Positions 1 to 12,494 of a stretch of 64,000 nt of DNA are shown here, piece by piece. The stretch comes from Callorhinchus milii (lineage: Eukaryota): the NCBI RefSeq assembly GCF_018977255.1, contig NW_024704742.1, positions 101,992,001-102,056,000 of the forward strand, read 5' to 3'. Below the pieces are notes generated by a model. It had not been told where the DNA came from, did no database searches, and worked only from the letters and a program-made list of their open reading frames with translations. How positions within the stretch are numbered: position 1 is the first letter of the stretch; each line of letters starts with the position of its first letter. Both the position numbers and the translations under genes were made by a program.

Positions 1-98
1 CTCGACCTTCTGCCTGGCTCGCCATCTAACTATGCCATTGTTCAGGGTTCCACGTTTCTACCTTGTGTGAAGGGCTCTGTATAAATGGAAGTTATTGT
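1..98 (+). mobile_element. L2 3' tail fragment (runs off the window start)
   Basis: gtgaagggctctgtataaatggaagttattg tail motif. Confidence 0.6.
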
Positions 99-3000
99 GC
101 GTCGGCTGAGGTGGGAATGGTTAAATAACCTGTTGAGATTTGAACTCAAACACGTACAAGAATAAATGAACATTTGGCAAAGGTATCTTAGGTCACCTGG
201 CCCCTATGGAGGCCCTCCTTGCTGGAGGGAGAAAATAAAATTGCCCTGTTCTTTCTGGTTGTGACAGCTTTAAACTCACACTTATTTTCTATATTCCACT
301 TGAAATATTCAGTTTTATTCTGCACTTCGAGGGCAATACTGAAGCTGAACAAGATTATCATTATGTCAGTTTAAAAAGCACTCTGAAGACTGAGTTGCTC
401 CTTGATCAGGTGATCCTTGATGGGAACGGATCACAAAGCAACCAAGATGTTTCAATGGCGATGCTGATTTTAAAAGATTGTAACTTTCTATTTGGAACGT
501 TTATGAAATATATGTTGGATAAAATAGGGAAGCTAAGATTCAACCGGGAGCTCTGAAAATTGATGGCTGTGGTTCTCCACATGCTGGGGCTTGTGCACTT
601 TCCAAAGATGGTGAACAAGTAACAGATGACACTTGTCACCTTAACAGAGGGTTCAAGAACAACAATAGGCAGAGGCACGAGGCAAGAATTTTCAGCCCTT
701 GTCCTCAGCTGGGGAATGGTGTGTGGAAGTAAAACAGAATGGAGTATGTAAAAAGAAGGGATCAAAAAATTAAGAGCCTGTGTGAGATTGACATGGCTGA
801 ACTTCATAGATTAGCTTGCCCCGTCTCATGTGACTATATGACCTCTAAATCAGCTCTGTTTAATCACATAGGACACAATCATCAAACCAAAGTGTGTGGT
901 GTGCGGTGGGGGGATCACAGCCACAGTCAGTCTTCAGGAAGAGATGAGAAAAGGCAATGTTTCTTAACAGATTTGATAACACATTTGTTGACATTGAATT
1001 TCTTATGAAACTGCATTCTTCACCCAACTGGTTTTCTTGTTGGATAATAAAACACATGGCTGCATTCTGTTTAACCCCAAACTAGTTTACTGAGAAATAC
1101 TGGATTATGCATGGTTCGGGATTTCTGTGTATTGCAGATAACAATATAAAAGCTGTGGTGGTTTAGCATCCCAGCTTACTTAATCACTCACTTAGCAATT
1201 CAGCCCTGTTCCAACCAAACAGACCACAATAGGCAGAGGCATGAGGCAAGAAAAGGCACTTTCAAAAACTGGATTTCACACAAAATTGATTAGACCTTCT
1301 AAAATCCACCAGTATCTCCACATGAAATATGCTCCTGTATTTGGTGCGATGCCTTAGCATTAAATGGCAGACAATAGAACAGTGTTGTTTTAGAGGGAAG
1401 GGTGGAAGTGGGAGGTGGGGGGTTTGGAATTAAGATTTTTGTAATTATGGTTTATGCTTAGATCAGGAATTCTGTGCAATGGGAGTGGCTGGGATGTGGT
1501 TTATTACATGGATCAGCAACTCTGCTTGTCTCAGATATGCGCTTATCTGAAGTCGATTTTTTAAAAAAAATGAAATGTGAGCGCAGAGCGTCAGATGTCT
1601 GGTTGACTTTTCAGCGCAGTGACTTTGACAGTAACAGGTATAATATGGAGAAGGTCATACGGGCTTTTAATTTTTTCCACATTTTCTTTCCATCTTTCCT
1701 CCCTTCCTTCCCCTCCCCTGAGGCATTTGCTTTATATCCATATGCTTGCTATTCATTACTTGATACATTAGGTGGCAGTCAGTGGGCTTGAAAGAACATT
1801 TGAAAAGCATATCTGAGGAGATGTTCATTTAGTCAGGAATCTTGCTATCCAGTGAGGATTGTTGAGAAGTAAACATGTGTGGGTGTTGAGAGAGGACAGA
1901 ATGGGAAAGAATGTCAAAAGATCTGCAGAAAACAGCTTTCCAAATTGCGTGAGGACTGAATTGAAGTTTTTCCAAAATGCGTACTCCACAATCTTTGATT
2001 TTAAGACCGTGGGCTTACGGCTGAAACAGGTGGAATTTCAGGGTTCTGTTTTCCACAGCTGACACGAAGAACATGCCATGTAGAAAATAATAATAATGAG
2101 TCTTGCATTTGATATAGAGCCTTATCACTGAGTCGAAACGTCTCAAAGCGCTTCACAGAATATACTGTAAAGTGTAGTGACTCTGTATATTGTTGGTAAA
2201 ATAGAAGTAATGGGTACAGACCTAATTTATACCACTCTGCAATGTAGCCTGCCATGTTTGTGGCCTGCAGTGTCTTAACTGTATAGTGATTCTGCCATCA
2301 AAATATTTCTACACATTGTAAAGTGATTGAGATATTTTAGCATCAGGTACTCTAAAGCATTGCAAATTCTTATACTTACCAAGAAGTAATGATTTGATTG
2401 TAGGGTGGATGGGTAGCTGTCTGATTGAAACGCAGATCTGACTTTAAAGACATTAGATATTAAAATGCCTCTGGCTTTCAGAACATCAGACTCAGTCAAT
2501 TTGCACAATTGAAGAGGTGAGAATGGAATGAATTAATCCCAATCTGAAATGTCTTTTTTTTGTTGTAATCTTTCTTAGTCAGCTAATCATAATTGCAAGA
2601 AAGGGCTTATAAAATATTTGACTAAAATAGGTATTGTTCTAGAAAGCGAATGTAAGCTTTGTTCATAAGCAGTGACCTGTTCATTTCCTCACTCACAATG
2701 CTGATATGCAGATATTAAACAATTTGAAGACACGTTGCTACTTGCCTGTATTCTTCAGACCGAACTAAAGAGTTCACTGGAGCATTGCATTTTGAAAGAA
2801 TGGAAAATTTACAATTAGTTAATAATTGGTCTTAGATTGTGAAGAGCTTGCCGTTGAGAGGATATATACCCTTAAATTATACTGGGGGAAATGTGGCATG
2901 TGATGCAATACGTAATATGCCCATCAATTAGATAGACCTGTTTGAGAGTTCTGAGGGAGTGTACCAGTCAGCTCCAAGCCTGCATTGCAGAGCAGATTCT

Positions 3001-3105
3001 TTTGATTTATAAAATGCACAATTCAGATCTTTTGCTTGGGCCCAGATCAATTTAGCTGCAACAGCTGTATAATTTCTGCCACTTTCTGCGCTTTACACTC
3101 CATTA

Positions 3106-3385
3106 TAATAATAATAATCGTTGCATTTGATATAGCACCTTATCATGAGACATCTCCAAGCACTTCACAGAATATACTGTAAAGTGAATTGACAGTTTTT
3201 TTAGAGAAATTATTACCTGCTGAGAAGGGATCCACTAATGACTAACAACTGGATTCCTACATACTGCTACTTACAGATGTGTGTGGAGTAAGGAAATTTG
3301 CCCAACATTTGGTCCTGTCAGGAATCAAATCCAGGTCTCTCGCTTGCGAAGCAAGTGCTCTAACCACTAAGCTACAGAACTCCAC
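3106..3385 (-). mobile_element. tRNA-Ala/CORE/Deu SINE, long form with internal deletion
   Basis: tRNA-like head, ttgggcaaatttccttactccac, (ATT)n tail. Confidence 0.85.
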
Positions 3386-3872
3386 ATTATATAGATATAT
3401 ACAAAGAAATGAGCTGAATAAGGCCCCAAGATCCGATCAACTCCAACAAGATTTTCCCCTATCCTACCTATACTCATAACAATGTTTCCCTCCTGCTGTT
3501 AGCTACACATTCCTCCTCTTCCCCCAGGCTTAAAAAACACAGAGAACCAAAAATTTCCAACATGAAGTGAAAAGACTCAGGAAAAATTCTCCCCAACTCC
3601 CGAAAGCAAGTGAATAAGCTCCAGGGGAGGTGTGGCCTCTTCCAACACAGCTCAATTGAGCCTGACCTTCACTACACTGCTATTAACAAGTGTGTCAGTG
3701 AAACAAATTTCAGCTCTGTGTCTGTAGCTGTCAATCCTTTCCTCCCTGAGAATCTGTCTACACTCCTAGAGAAGAATGTTTTTTTCTCTTAGCCAACAAT
3801 CTTCCAAATAAAATTGGTCGTTCACTTCATTGTTTGTGGGACATTGGTGTGCTGTCGGTTCGTCCACAAAAC

Positions 3873-4187
3873 TGGAGGCCTGTAGCTCAGTGGTGAGAGT
3901 ACTCGCCTTGCAAGCGAGAGACCTGGGTTCAATTCCCAGCAGGGCAAAACTTTGGGCAAGTTTCCTTACTTCACATGCCTGATAATAATCCCTCAAAAAA
4001 AAAGCAATAATAAAGTGGTCACTTCAATCCACGACTGTATGTGGGACACTGCTGTGTGCAATTGGCTGACGCATTTCACCCACAAATATACAGTCAATTC
4101 ACTTTACAGTCTATTCTGTGAAGCGCTTTGAGACGTCTGGAAGCCGTGAAAAGTGCTATATCAAATGCAAGGATTATTATTATTATT
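3873..4187 (+). mobile_element. tRNA-Ala/CORE/Deu SINE, short form, nested in an older Deu-type SINE (about 3790-3872 and 4188-4272)
   Basis: A box TAGCTCAGTGG, B box GGTTCAATTCC; the host sequence resumes after the (ATT)n tail. Confidence 0.9.
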
Positions 4188-5822
4188 AAAACATAGACAC
4201 TGCACTTTCAGTTTATCCCGTGAAGCACTTTGAGATGTCCTCCTGACATGAAATGTAAGGATTATTATTATTTTTGAATGAATAAGTATTATTTTCACAG
4301 GCAGTATCATTTGGGAGTCTGTTCCAGATGTCTGTCACCCTCTTTGTATGTAACATTAAGACAATTGTGTTGAAAAGCACACGCACCTCTGGAATCATGG
4401 GAGCTGAGGTGTTTAATTCATTGGAGGCTTTCCAACAGCAGACATTTTGTTGTTGACTGTGGGGGGTGGAAGACTCGGTTAATCGGCGTGACTCAAAGAA
4501 AGTGTTTTGTGACATCCATTTGCGACAATTGCATGTCTGCAAATCCCTGCAGAATCTACAAACAGAGGGCTCTTAAACTGTCACTTTGAATCACTGCCAC
4601 TTTATTCCTTCCCACTGGAAAAACTTGACTTATTTATGTGTTGATGGCAATGTTTAGCACTGTGAAGGTGCCTTCTCTGTGTTTTGTGTGTGTTAAGAAG
4701 TAAAGGTTAAGGCTATTTCAGCTGTCAGCCTTTATTGGGATTGGATTTTAATTTTGTTGTTGTGAAAACGTGGCGACTAAAAGCCCAAAGTGCTTCTACA
4801 CGAAAAGCATCAATGTCACTTGTCGCATTTTCCTGTGGGACGAGTTATTTAGTGATCTTTGGCAGTGGCATAGCAGAATTTAACCATTGTTAAACCTACA
4901 CCAATGGAAAAATTACATCAGGCATTAAACAATAAATTGTTAGTCCATGTATCATTATAGAATCTTGGTCCTCTCACTTACGTGTATGTCAGGCTTTGTA
5001 AATATCTTATTAATCATCACTGTATTCAAGTGACTTTTAGTTGTAAAAGTATTTCCTTCTGTGGTTTATAAGGACATAGGAATATATGTGTTGAAAAAGC
5101 CCACTGCGGTCTATCTGCTGGTCGCAAAGCAACCGAAAATCAAACCCTATTCTTATCTACCTTTGAAACTCTTCAATTGAATTCTGAAATGCTGTACACT
5201 GTCCAATGCCTTGGGACGTCCTCCCAACGTGAAAGGCGCTATACAAATGTAATCGTGTTGTTGTTGTTGTTTGCTAGATAGCTATTGTATTCCTTCTTGA
5301 ATTTGCTAACACAATCTGCCTTCAATCCTTCCCTGGGTATCTTATTCATACAATGGGTATTACACCTTATAAGGTGAGTTCCATTATAAGGTGAGTGCCC
5401 TGTTGGCTTCAGTGCACGCATGCTAAAAAAACAATTTCAGGTTGCTTCCGATATCGCTTCCTGTACACTGTGCACGCTTGATATATGCAGGAAGTGCCAC
5501 TTACATTACTTTGCAAAGGAAGTGATGTCAGCCCCACTTGCTGCTTGCACAGTGCACACAAAGTTACCTCAATGGCAACCTGATGACCCTGGTTGACCTT
5601 TTATTTGCACAGGAAGCTATGTAACGCTCAAGTAGAAAGAGTAGTGGAGACCTGATGATTTGGAGATCCGCCATTTTTCTGTGCCTCCCCATAGTGTTGG
5701 GTGTAAGGCATTGGACCCAGACGACCGTGCTATAATGTGGTGATTCTTTTTGTGATGATAAGAAAACTTGAACCATCAGTTTTAGAAGAAATTAACATTT
5801 AATAACTAACCGTCGTTTTTAG

Positions 5823-5951
5823 GTTCAACTGAAAACCAATTTATCAAGCCAGTATGTAATCCGAACTCAGCCAACCAACACCTGCCTCTCGACGCTGGAG
5901 TGTGCAGCCATAGCACTGTCCATAGTAGAAAAGAACCATTCCATTCATGAG
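5823..5951 (+). CDS. DTWD2: DTWD2 penultimate coding exon (129 bp, phase 0/0): [43 protein letters not shown]
   Basis: Acceptor ttttt-AG at 5821-5822 and donor GTAAGA at 5952. The 43 open codons match the vertebrate DTWD2 segment [31 protein letters not shown] as I recall it. Confidence 0.95.
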
Positions 5952-8071
5952 GTAAGAATTTGCTTGACACCACACAGGTCATCTTACTTTGTCTATGTTA
6001 GTGAAACTGGTTTTAACGAGGATTAGAGGAGTCAAGTGTGGATTTATTGGTTCTGTGGTCTGAATAAATTTAGTGATGTGCTGTGCCTGACCCACCCCCT
6101 CCCCTCTCATTTTATACATTAATGACCTGGATTCACACATTCAGTGCAAGGGGTGGTTATGTTTGCGGACAGCACCAAGTAAGGGGGAAACTGTGGAATC
6201 AGATGTCAGCTAGCATCTTACAAAAGGGACACAACATATTGCAATGGTTTTGCTCTTTGACTCTCATGTTCTGGCAAATCCACATTTCTGGAATAGCACA
6301 CTGGAATAATAAGGACATTATAAATATGTGGACTTGTATGAATATGAATAAAAATCATTGTATTTGATATAGTGCCATATCACGTCATTGAGATGTCTCA
6401 AAGTGCTTCACAGAATATATTGTAAAGTGAATTGATCATATAATTTCTGGGTGAAACACAGCAGGCAATTGGGCACAGCATTGTCCCACGATGGGGATGA
6501 TATTGTTGTGCTCTGATGCTTTCATGTCTGCACACTCACAGCATTTACTACATCTTCTTCTATACTAATAAAACAACAATGTCTGTCTGCCTGCACTTCA
6601 AGAAAGATCTCAGTAACCGATTGATGTAGAGGCATGATTTATGCCTCATCAAAACGGTCTTGCAACACAACCAAATTACATTTTTAAAGTGCCTTTCACG
6701 TCGGGAGGATGTCCAGTGATTATAAATTATACATTTATATTTATCATTATAAAGATGCCTAAGCGAAAATCAAACTTTTCAGGGATAAGTAAGTGTGTCT
6801 GGCCGTGTGTCAATCTACATTCCATATTGGATCCTTTGGTTACAAGCGTAGCAAGGGTACAGCTGCAATTTATATAATAAATTTAATACACATTAAATCT
6901 TGTTTATTCCTTTCCCTACTTATTATTTTAACCTTGTTGGTCATACTATACCAGTTGGGTGAGCATTGTATTATTGCAAGGATTTGTTCATGCAGAACAA
7001 AGTCTTGCCTTTGGGGATTGAGAGCATTTATGCAGCATTTCCCTTAGGACATTCTCCTTGTTAGAATATTTTTTTAAGTAGGACCAGTATTGCTCTCATG
7101 AAGTGCATATATCATTTACAGGTCCTGAGCACCAGAAGCAATGTTGTGTTTTTTTTCTCTTAGTCTAAAGTGTGCTACTGCTGTAGTCACTTAACCATGC
7201 TATACACTTTATCCAAGTAGAATCCAGTAAATGGCGGTGGGAGCATTCGGGATATGTCAACTATCCCCACAGAAGGAGCTAGGGAGGAGTATGGCTGAGT
7301 TAGAGTGGAGTTTATCTTGCAGCTGGTTCTTGAAATGGATCCCGTTGCCAACAATTATTGCATTGCATTGCGCTGCATGTGTAGGGATTCATAGCACATG
7401 CTGTGGCATTTTCCACTCTGTAATGAGCGAGATGAAGGACAAGTCATTCACCCAAGAGACTCTTTGTGGGGATGGAGCACAGATCACAGAATGTGATAGG
7501 GAGGGAGATCTTTATAACTTTGCCCTCCCCCATCCCATATGGTGAGGTTTGCAGGATGTGGACATTCTCCCATCTGTTGTCTGTTCTGACACCAAGAGGT
7601 AGCGAGTGACAAGAACAATAACCAAGTTTTTTTTAAAGAATGTACATTTTAGATTTTATCCACAAAATGTACAGTCAATTCACTTTACAGTATATTCTGT
7701 GATGCGCTTTGTGACGTCTCGATGACATGAGAAGGCGACATATCAAATGCAAGGATTATTATTATATTAGCCTGAGTGATTCAAATTTAAAGTTAATAAA
7801 AAATATTTGTTAAAATAGAGTCTGACATGCAGATCCAAGGGCCATAGTGTAATACATCACCAATGTTGAAAAGAGTCAAGAGACAATGAAATGTGGTAAG
7901 AAGTAGTTAGGTGACACAAAGTTTAGAGTTTTAAAGCAAGTATATTGTAGAAGGCGAGGGAGCTGAGGAATTTATTATCTTGAGGTAGAGTTCTAGTCAA
8001 TGTAACAAGTCTTTAAACAAGTGAGTGGTGCAGCATGCAGACTTGGATTTGGGAGCAACAATAGAAGAAAG

Positions 8072-8197
8072 TTTTCGACCGGGCCTTTGGTCACCTTCCT
8101 CCCCCTCCCCCTGGCTCGGCCCCGTGATTCATTACTGTGAAGTGCTCTGAGACGCCGTCCGGCGCTATATAAATCCAAGTTGTTATTGTTGTTGTTG
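8072..8197 (+). mobile_element. L2 3' end fragment
   Basis: ttcgaccgggcctttggtcacc ... gcgctatataaatccaagttg(ttg)n. Confidence 0.75.
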
Positions 8198-8425
8198 AGC
8201 ATTTCATTTGAATTATACATCAGAACAATAACTTGTCTCGCAATCATTAATTTGTTCTGTTTATCAACACTGTCTTTAAAACATAAACTTAGATGGCATT
8301 TATTTAGAAGAAAAAACAATATTACTAGACTGCGAATAATTATTTATGATCTTCAAAATTTGCTGAAAGCTAGTTTCTGGTCATTCAGGTCTTCTCCACA
8401 CTTAGTTTTCTGCTTGTTTTTATGT

Positions 8426-8865
8426 TCGAATTCAAGATCCTCATCTTCACCTACAAGGCAATTCACGGCCTTGCTCCCTCCTACCTCTCTGACCTACTAT
8501 CCCCCTACTTACCTGTCCGTACCCTCCGTTCCTCTGGCTCCGGTCTGCTCCACATCCCCCGTCCCAACCGCTCTACCATCGGTGGCCGGGCCTTCAGCCT
8601 CTCAGCCCCCAGGCTCTGGAACTCCATCCCCCAGTGCCTTCGCCGCCTCCTCCCTTTCCTCCTTCAAGGCCGGTCTGAAGACCTTTCTCTTTGACCGTGC
8701 CTTCAGCTCCCCTCTCGACTCTCTATCCCCTCCTCGCTCCCTCCCTTCCCTCCCCTCACCCTGACCATTTAACCCCCTGCTCGGGTCCTGACCCAACTGT
8801 ACAGCGCCTTGGGACATCCTCCCGACGTGAAAGGCGCTCTATAAATGGAATCTTGTTGTTGTTGT
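8426..8865 (+). mobile_element. Young 5'-truncated L2 copy in the last DTWD2 intron
   Basis: Near-identical to the 3' end of the 14.7-kb element (EFKILIFTYKAIHGLAPSYLS...GGRAFS); (TTG)n tail. Confidence 0.93.
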
Positions 8866-9459
8866 TTGGTTGTGAGACTTTATGTTTCATTTAGTTAAAA
8901 TTTGCAAATTGTTTCCTCGAAGATGTGATAAGGCACTGTATCAAATGCAAGGATTATTATTATTATATTAGCCTGAGTGATCCAGATATGAAATTTCCTT
9001 GCGTTCTTCAATTGTATGCGTTGCAAGCTTTTGATTTAAAAAAATATTGGTCAGTTTTATGCTCTTTGAGGCTGAGGAATATTTGTGTTAGTAAATGGAA
9101 CCATTATCCCCTCTGTTTTTCTCGAACAATATTCTTGCCCGAGTAGCTGTTGGTGATGTGTGAATCTAGACAGTTAGTGTTTGCGGGCTATTCGGCAATG
9201 GGGGGGGGCATCACAGCTAGAGCCTAATTCTGAACTCACCTGACATCAACACTAGCCATCAGCAGCCAGAGTGGGAAAATGGCTGACTTCCAGCTCACAG
9301 GCGCTGAGGCCATTTCCAGTGGCCCAACTGCTAACCTGGCAGAAATCAGCAAATTAAGATGCACAGATCAAGAATACAATCTGGGAGTTTAGCACTTTAT
9401 TCCACCCTGTAGCTTTACAAATCCATCAGCCCCTGCCACCCCTTTTTACATCCCAAAAC

Positions 9460-9710
9460 AATCATTTACATTTATACACGACTTTTCACTTTAGGAAGAC
9501 GTTTCAAAGAGCTTCACAGCGCTGACTGGTGCTCAAATGGGGTGGAGGGTGGAGGGGTGGGGGGAAGAGGGAGGGAAATGGTAACTGAGAGTGTGGTTAA
9601 TCAGATAAGTCTTAAGATGGATTTTGAAGGTAGCAAGGAAGCGGCAAGGCAGAGGGAATCCCAGGAAGCGGGGATAGAATGGCTGAAAGCTTGTCCACAG
9701 ATAGTGGGGC
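9460..9710 (-). mobile_element. Old L2 3' fragment
   Basis: Degenerate L2 3'UTR and ORF2 end (FKIHLKTYL). Confidence 0.6.
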
Positions 9711-10067
9711 ACAAATAATAATGTCCATTTAAAGTAATGCACAAAAAGTTTGAATGAATGAAAGTGATATATTGCGGTCAAGAGTGAATTTTTTCAGGAT
9801 AGGTACAAATGACTATGTTTATGTTATGTCTGACTTGAAATATCACAAAGAGGGGAGGAGCCTTTTCATTGAATGGCAGCCATCATTATACTCAAACATG
9901 TTTTTTTTAACTCCGTCCCAGGTAGGTCAGCCAGAGAAAAATTGAACAATCCAGCGTAACTGGAAAGAACCAGGAATAATGTCTTCATTTTCTCAAATAA
10001 TGCTGTGAATTCATAGGTATTTGTGTTCTGACACTAATGTTCTTATCTTGTCTGTTTAAAACTGCAG

Positions 10068-10238
10068 GTTATACTGCGACCACTTCAGGCTTTGTGCTCA
10101 TTCCAGCTGCAGCACGGAGCTCAGATCCATCACAGCAAGGAACACCTGATTAAGAATGGAATGTACGCAAAACCAATGCCAAAGAATAAACGCAAGCTCA
10201 ATAGAATGGAGCGTTTGGCAAACAATGAAAAAATATAG
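10068..10238 (+). CDS. DTWD2: DTWD2 terminal coding exon: [56 protein letters not shown]
   Basis: Pyrimidine tract plus ctgcAG acceptor ending at 10067, in frame with the previous exon; TAG stop at 10236-10238. Matches the DTWD2 C-terminus [37 protein letters not shown]. Confidence 0.95.
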   Translation, partial: VILRPLQALCSFQLQHGAQIHHSKEHLIKNGMYAKPMPKNKRKLNRMERLANNEKI

Positions 10239-12130
10239 TGAAAGTACAGTTTTAATATGATTTTACTTCTGTGAGAAGTTTTTTCTGAACGTTAGATTTT
10301 TCTGATACTGTTGGGTACCTTGGATCCTTATTTCAACCTCACGTCACTTCTCTACAGCAGATCCATTTGTGATTGGCTTTCCGATATGACCATCGGATTT
10401 ACTGAACTGTTAATAACTTAAGAGGATTAAAACTGCCTTTTCTTTATCCTCTTTATTGGGATCCAGTTCAGAATGCTGCGGTCACATTGGTAAGATGATA
10501 GAGCGGCCCAGTTACACAAAGTTTTACTGAGCTTCACCTCGCGCAGAGTTCACCTACTTCAGACAAGATAAGCAAATCTTGCCCAGGAAATATCTCAATC
10601 TGAATTGGTTTGTGAGTGCCTGTTTGGATTTCTATCATTCAGTATTGTGTCTGGGACAATTGAACGCTGGCCAGTTTAGGCTAAATAAGCAAAATAGTCT
10701 AAATGTAGCTTAGCATAGTAAGAAGTGAGAATCCAGGTCTTACTTAAAGCACGAGAAGATTGTCTAAAAGTTCCTCCATTCTAAAAAAGGTTTAATTATG
10801 TGTGGTGACCCTGGACCTTCTAGGAAATAATTTGGTATTTCCATAGGCTTTGGCCCATGATACAAAGTCAGAGCTGTGCATGTAAAATATTTAGCAATTC
10901 AGGTCTGAGTTCTTATAAAATTATACAGAAATCCAAAGACTGCAGTAACTATGTGAGATCAATAAGTATTGCACATACCAGAGATGCATTTATACACACA
11001 GCATTATTCATTGGGGGCCTTCTCCCAGGGCTGTCTAGAGAAGTTGAAATTAGCTCCCAATATCACTCTGTCTGATCTGTGCGACTTATTGAAGGTTAGG
11101 ATGAGAAAGAGATTCATAGAAATTGATGTGTACAGAGGCACACTCAGCATCCTAAGATGGTTTGCGTCTTAGCTATTTGTGAAGACTGATTCCAGCACTG
11201 ACTGATGTGTGCCAGTGCAAATGAAAATGGTACAAGGTGGAAGAACAATGCATTGGAATCATTAACTGAAGCCAAACTAAATTATGCCCTAAAAACTTTA
11301 ATTTGAATTGTGGCAGATATTTTTTTAAAAACATGGTAATGAAATCAAGTGCCAGTTCTTTTCATGAGTGAAATTAAAAATAAGTGTTAAGGATTCTGTG
11401 AATGTAATAGATGGGATTCCCTGTTCCCACTAGACAAGTTATTTATGTTAACTGTGCAACAATACAAACCAGAGGTCCCAAACTTATCCACATCTTTGCC
11501 TTAAGATTTAAGATTGAGCTGAATTTTTTAAAATTCTTAAGTTCGGTCTTGAAAGCTGTTTTTCTGCAGTTCTTTCATTTTTTTCAATTGTGTGGGATCT
11601 GATGCATGAGGCCCTAGGGTTCATCTTGCTCACCAATCACCCTGTGCTCACAACTAGTAAAGAGCCAGAAGTGTGGAGGAGAGGAGTTGGGGAGGGTGAG
11701 CAAAACATGGAAATAAGAATTTGCCAATTTTAGCAAGTTAATTTCCTGATGTATGTTTAATATCATCACAGTGAATAAACCTGCCGAATCAAATGGAAAT
11801 GCTGTATTCCATTGCTTTTAGTGGCACACGTACAGCAATTGAAATAGAATTATATTACATTTATAACTCCAAATACAGCTTCTGATATCTTAACATTTCT
11901 GTATGTTTTTAATAAACACTTCTTCCAAAAGGGCCTTAATGCTGCTTTTTGTTTGCTATATTTATTTGGAAACATTGATAAAATTGATGCAATTACTTCA
12001 GGTGTTATTACTGTGCTTCAGTGCAGACATTGCCATATCTCAACAACATACACCATATTAACTGTCAGCATCTGATATATCAGCTTTGTCAACCAAAATA
12101 AGAATAAAATAAAAGCATTTCCACAATTTT
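10239..12130 (+). other. DTWD2: Probable DTWD2 3'UTR
   Basis: About 1.9 kb after the stop that is free of LINE/SINE copies, unlike the flanks, and ends in a cluster of AATAAA signals. The end position is inferred. Confidence 0.55.
11774..12113 (+). terminator. Candidate polyadenylation signals (AATAAA at 11774, 11911 and overlapping 12103/12108)
   Basis: Canonical hexamers; TGTA lies just upstream of the 11911 site; T/GT-rich sequence follows. Confidence 0.5.
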
Positions 12131-12494
12131 GCAGTATATACTGTATTATGAACTATAATAGACATGCAGAAGTGATTTCAAGGCTCCATTCTCATCTTGG
12201 GTTTTGTGTGAGGATGATTGTTTTAAAACACTTGAACCATTCTTTACCTGATTTGAACTCCTTCATGAGACTGTTGATTTGTGTTATTGTCCATGTCATT
12301 CTAAGGACTTTTCCCCTCTATTCCTGTTGAATATCCATTAGTCATTTTGATATCCATTCTCTATAATTCTTCTCAGATGTGCACTGCAAACTATACTTTC
12401 AGAGATGCCAAGGCAGCAGTTCAAGGGAGCTACAACAACAAATTTACATTTGTATAGTGCCTTTCAGTCAGTTGGATGTCCTAAGACGCTGGAA

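Noticed and set aside
410..480. AG-preceded frame VILDGNGSQSNQD resembling the DTWD2 IIIDGTWSQAKD exon
   Set aside because: The invariant T and W of the DTW motif are missing, downstream residues do not match, and I see no convincing donor. The true exon probably lies upstream of the window.
8180..8764. 194-aa ORF
   Set aside because: Chance fusion of an L2 tail, AT-rich intron and an off-frame L2 3' fragment.
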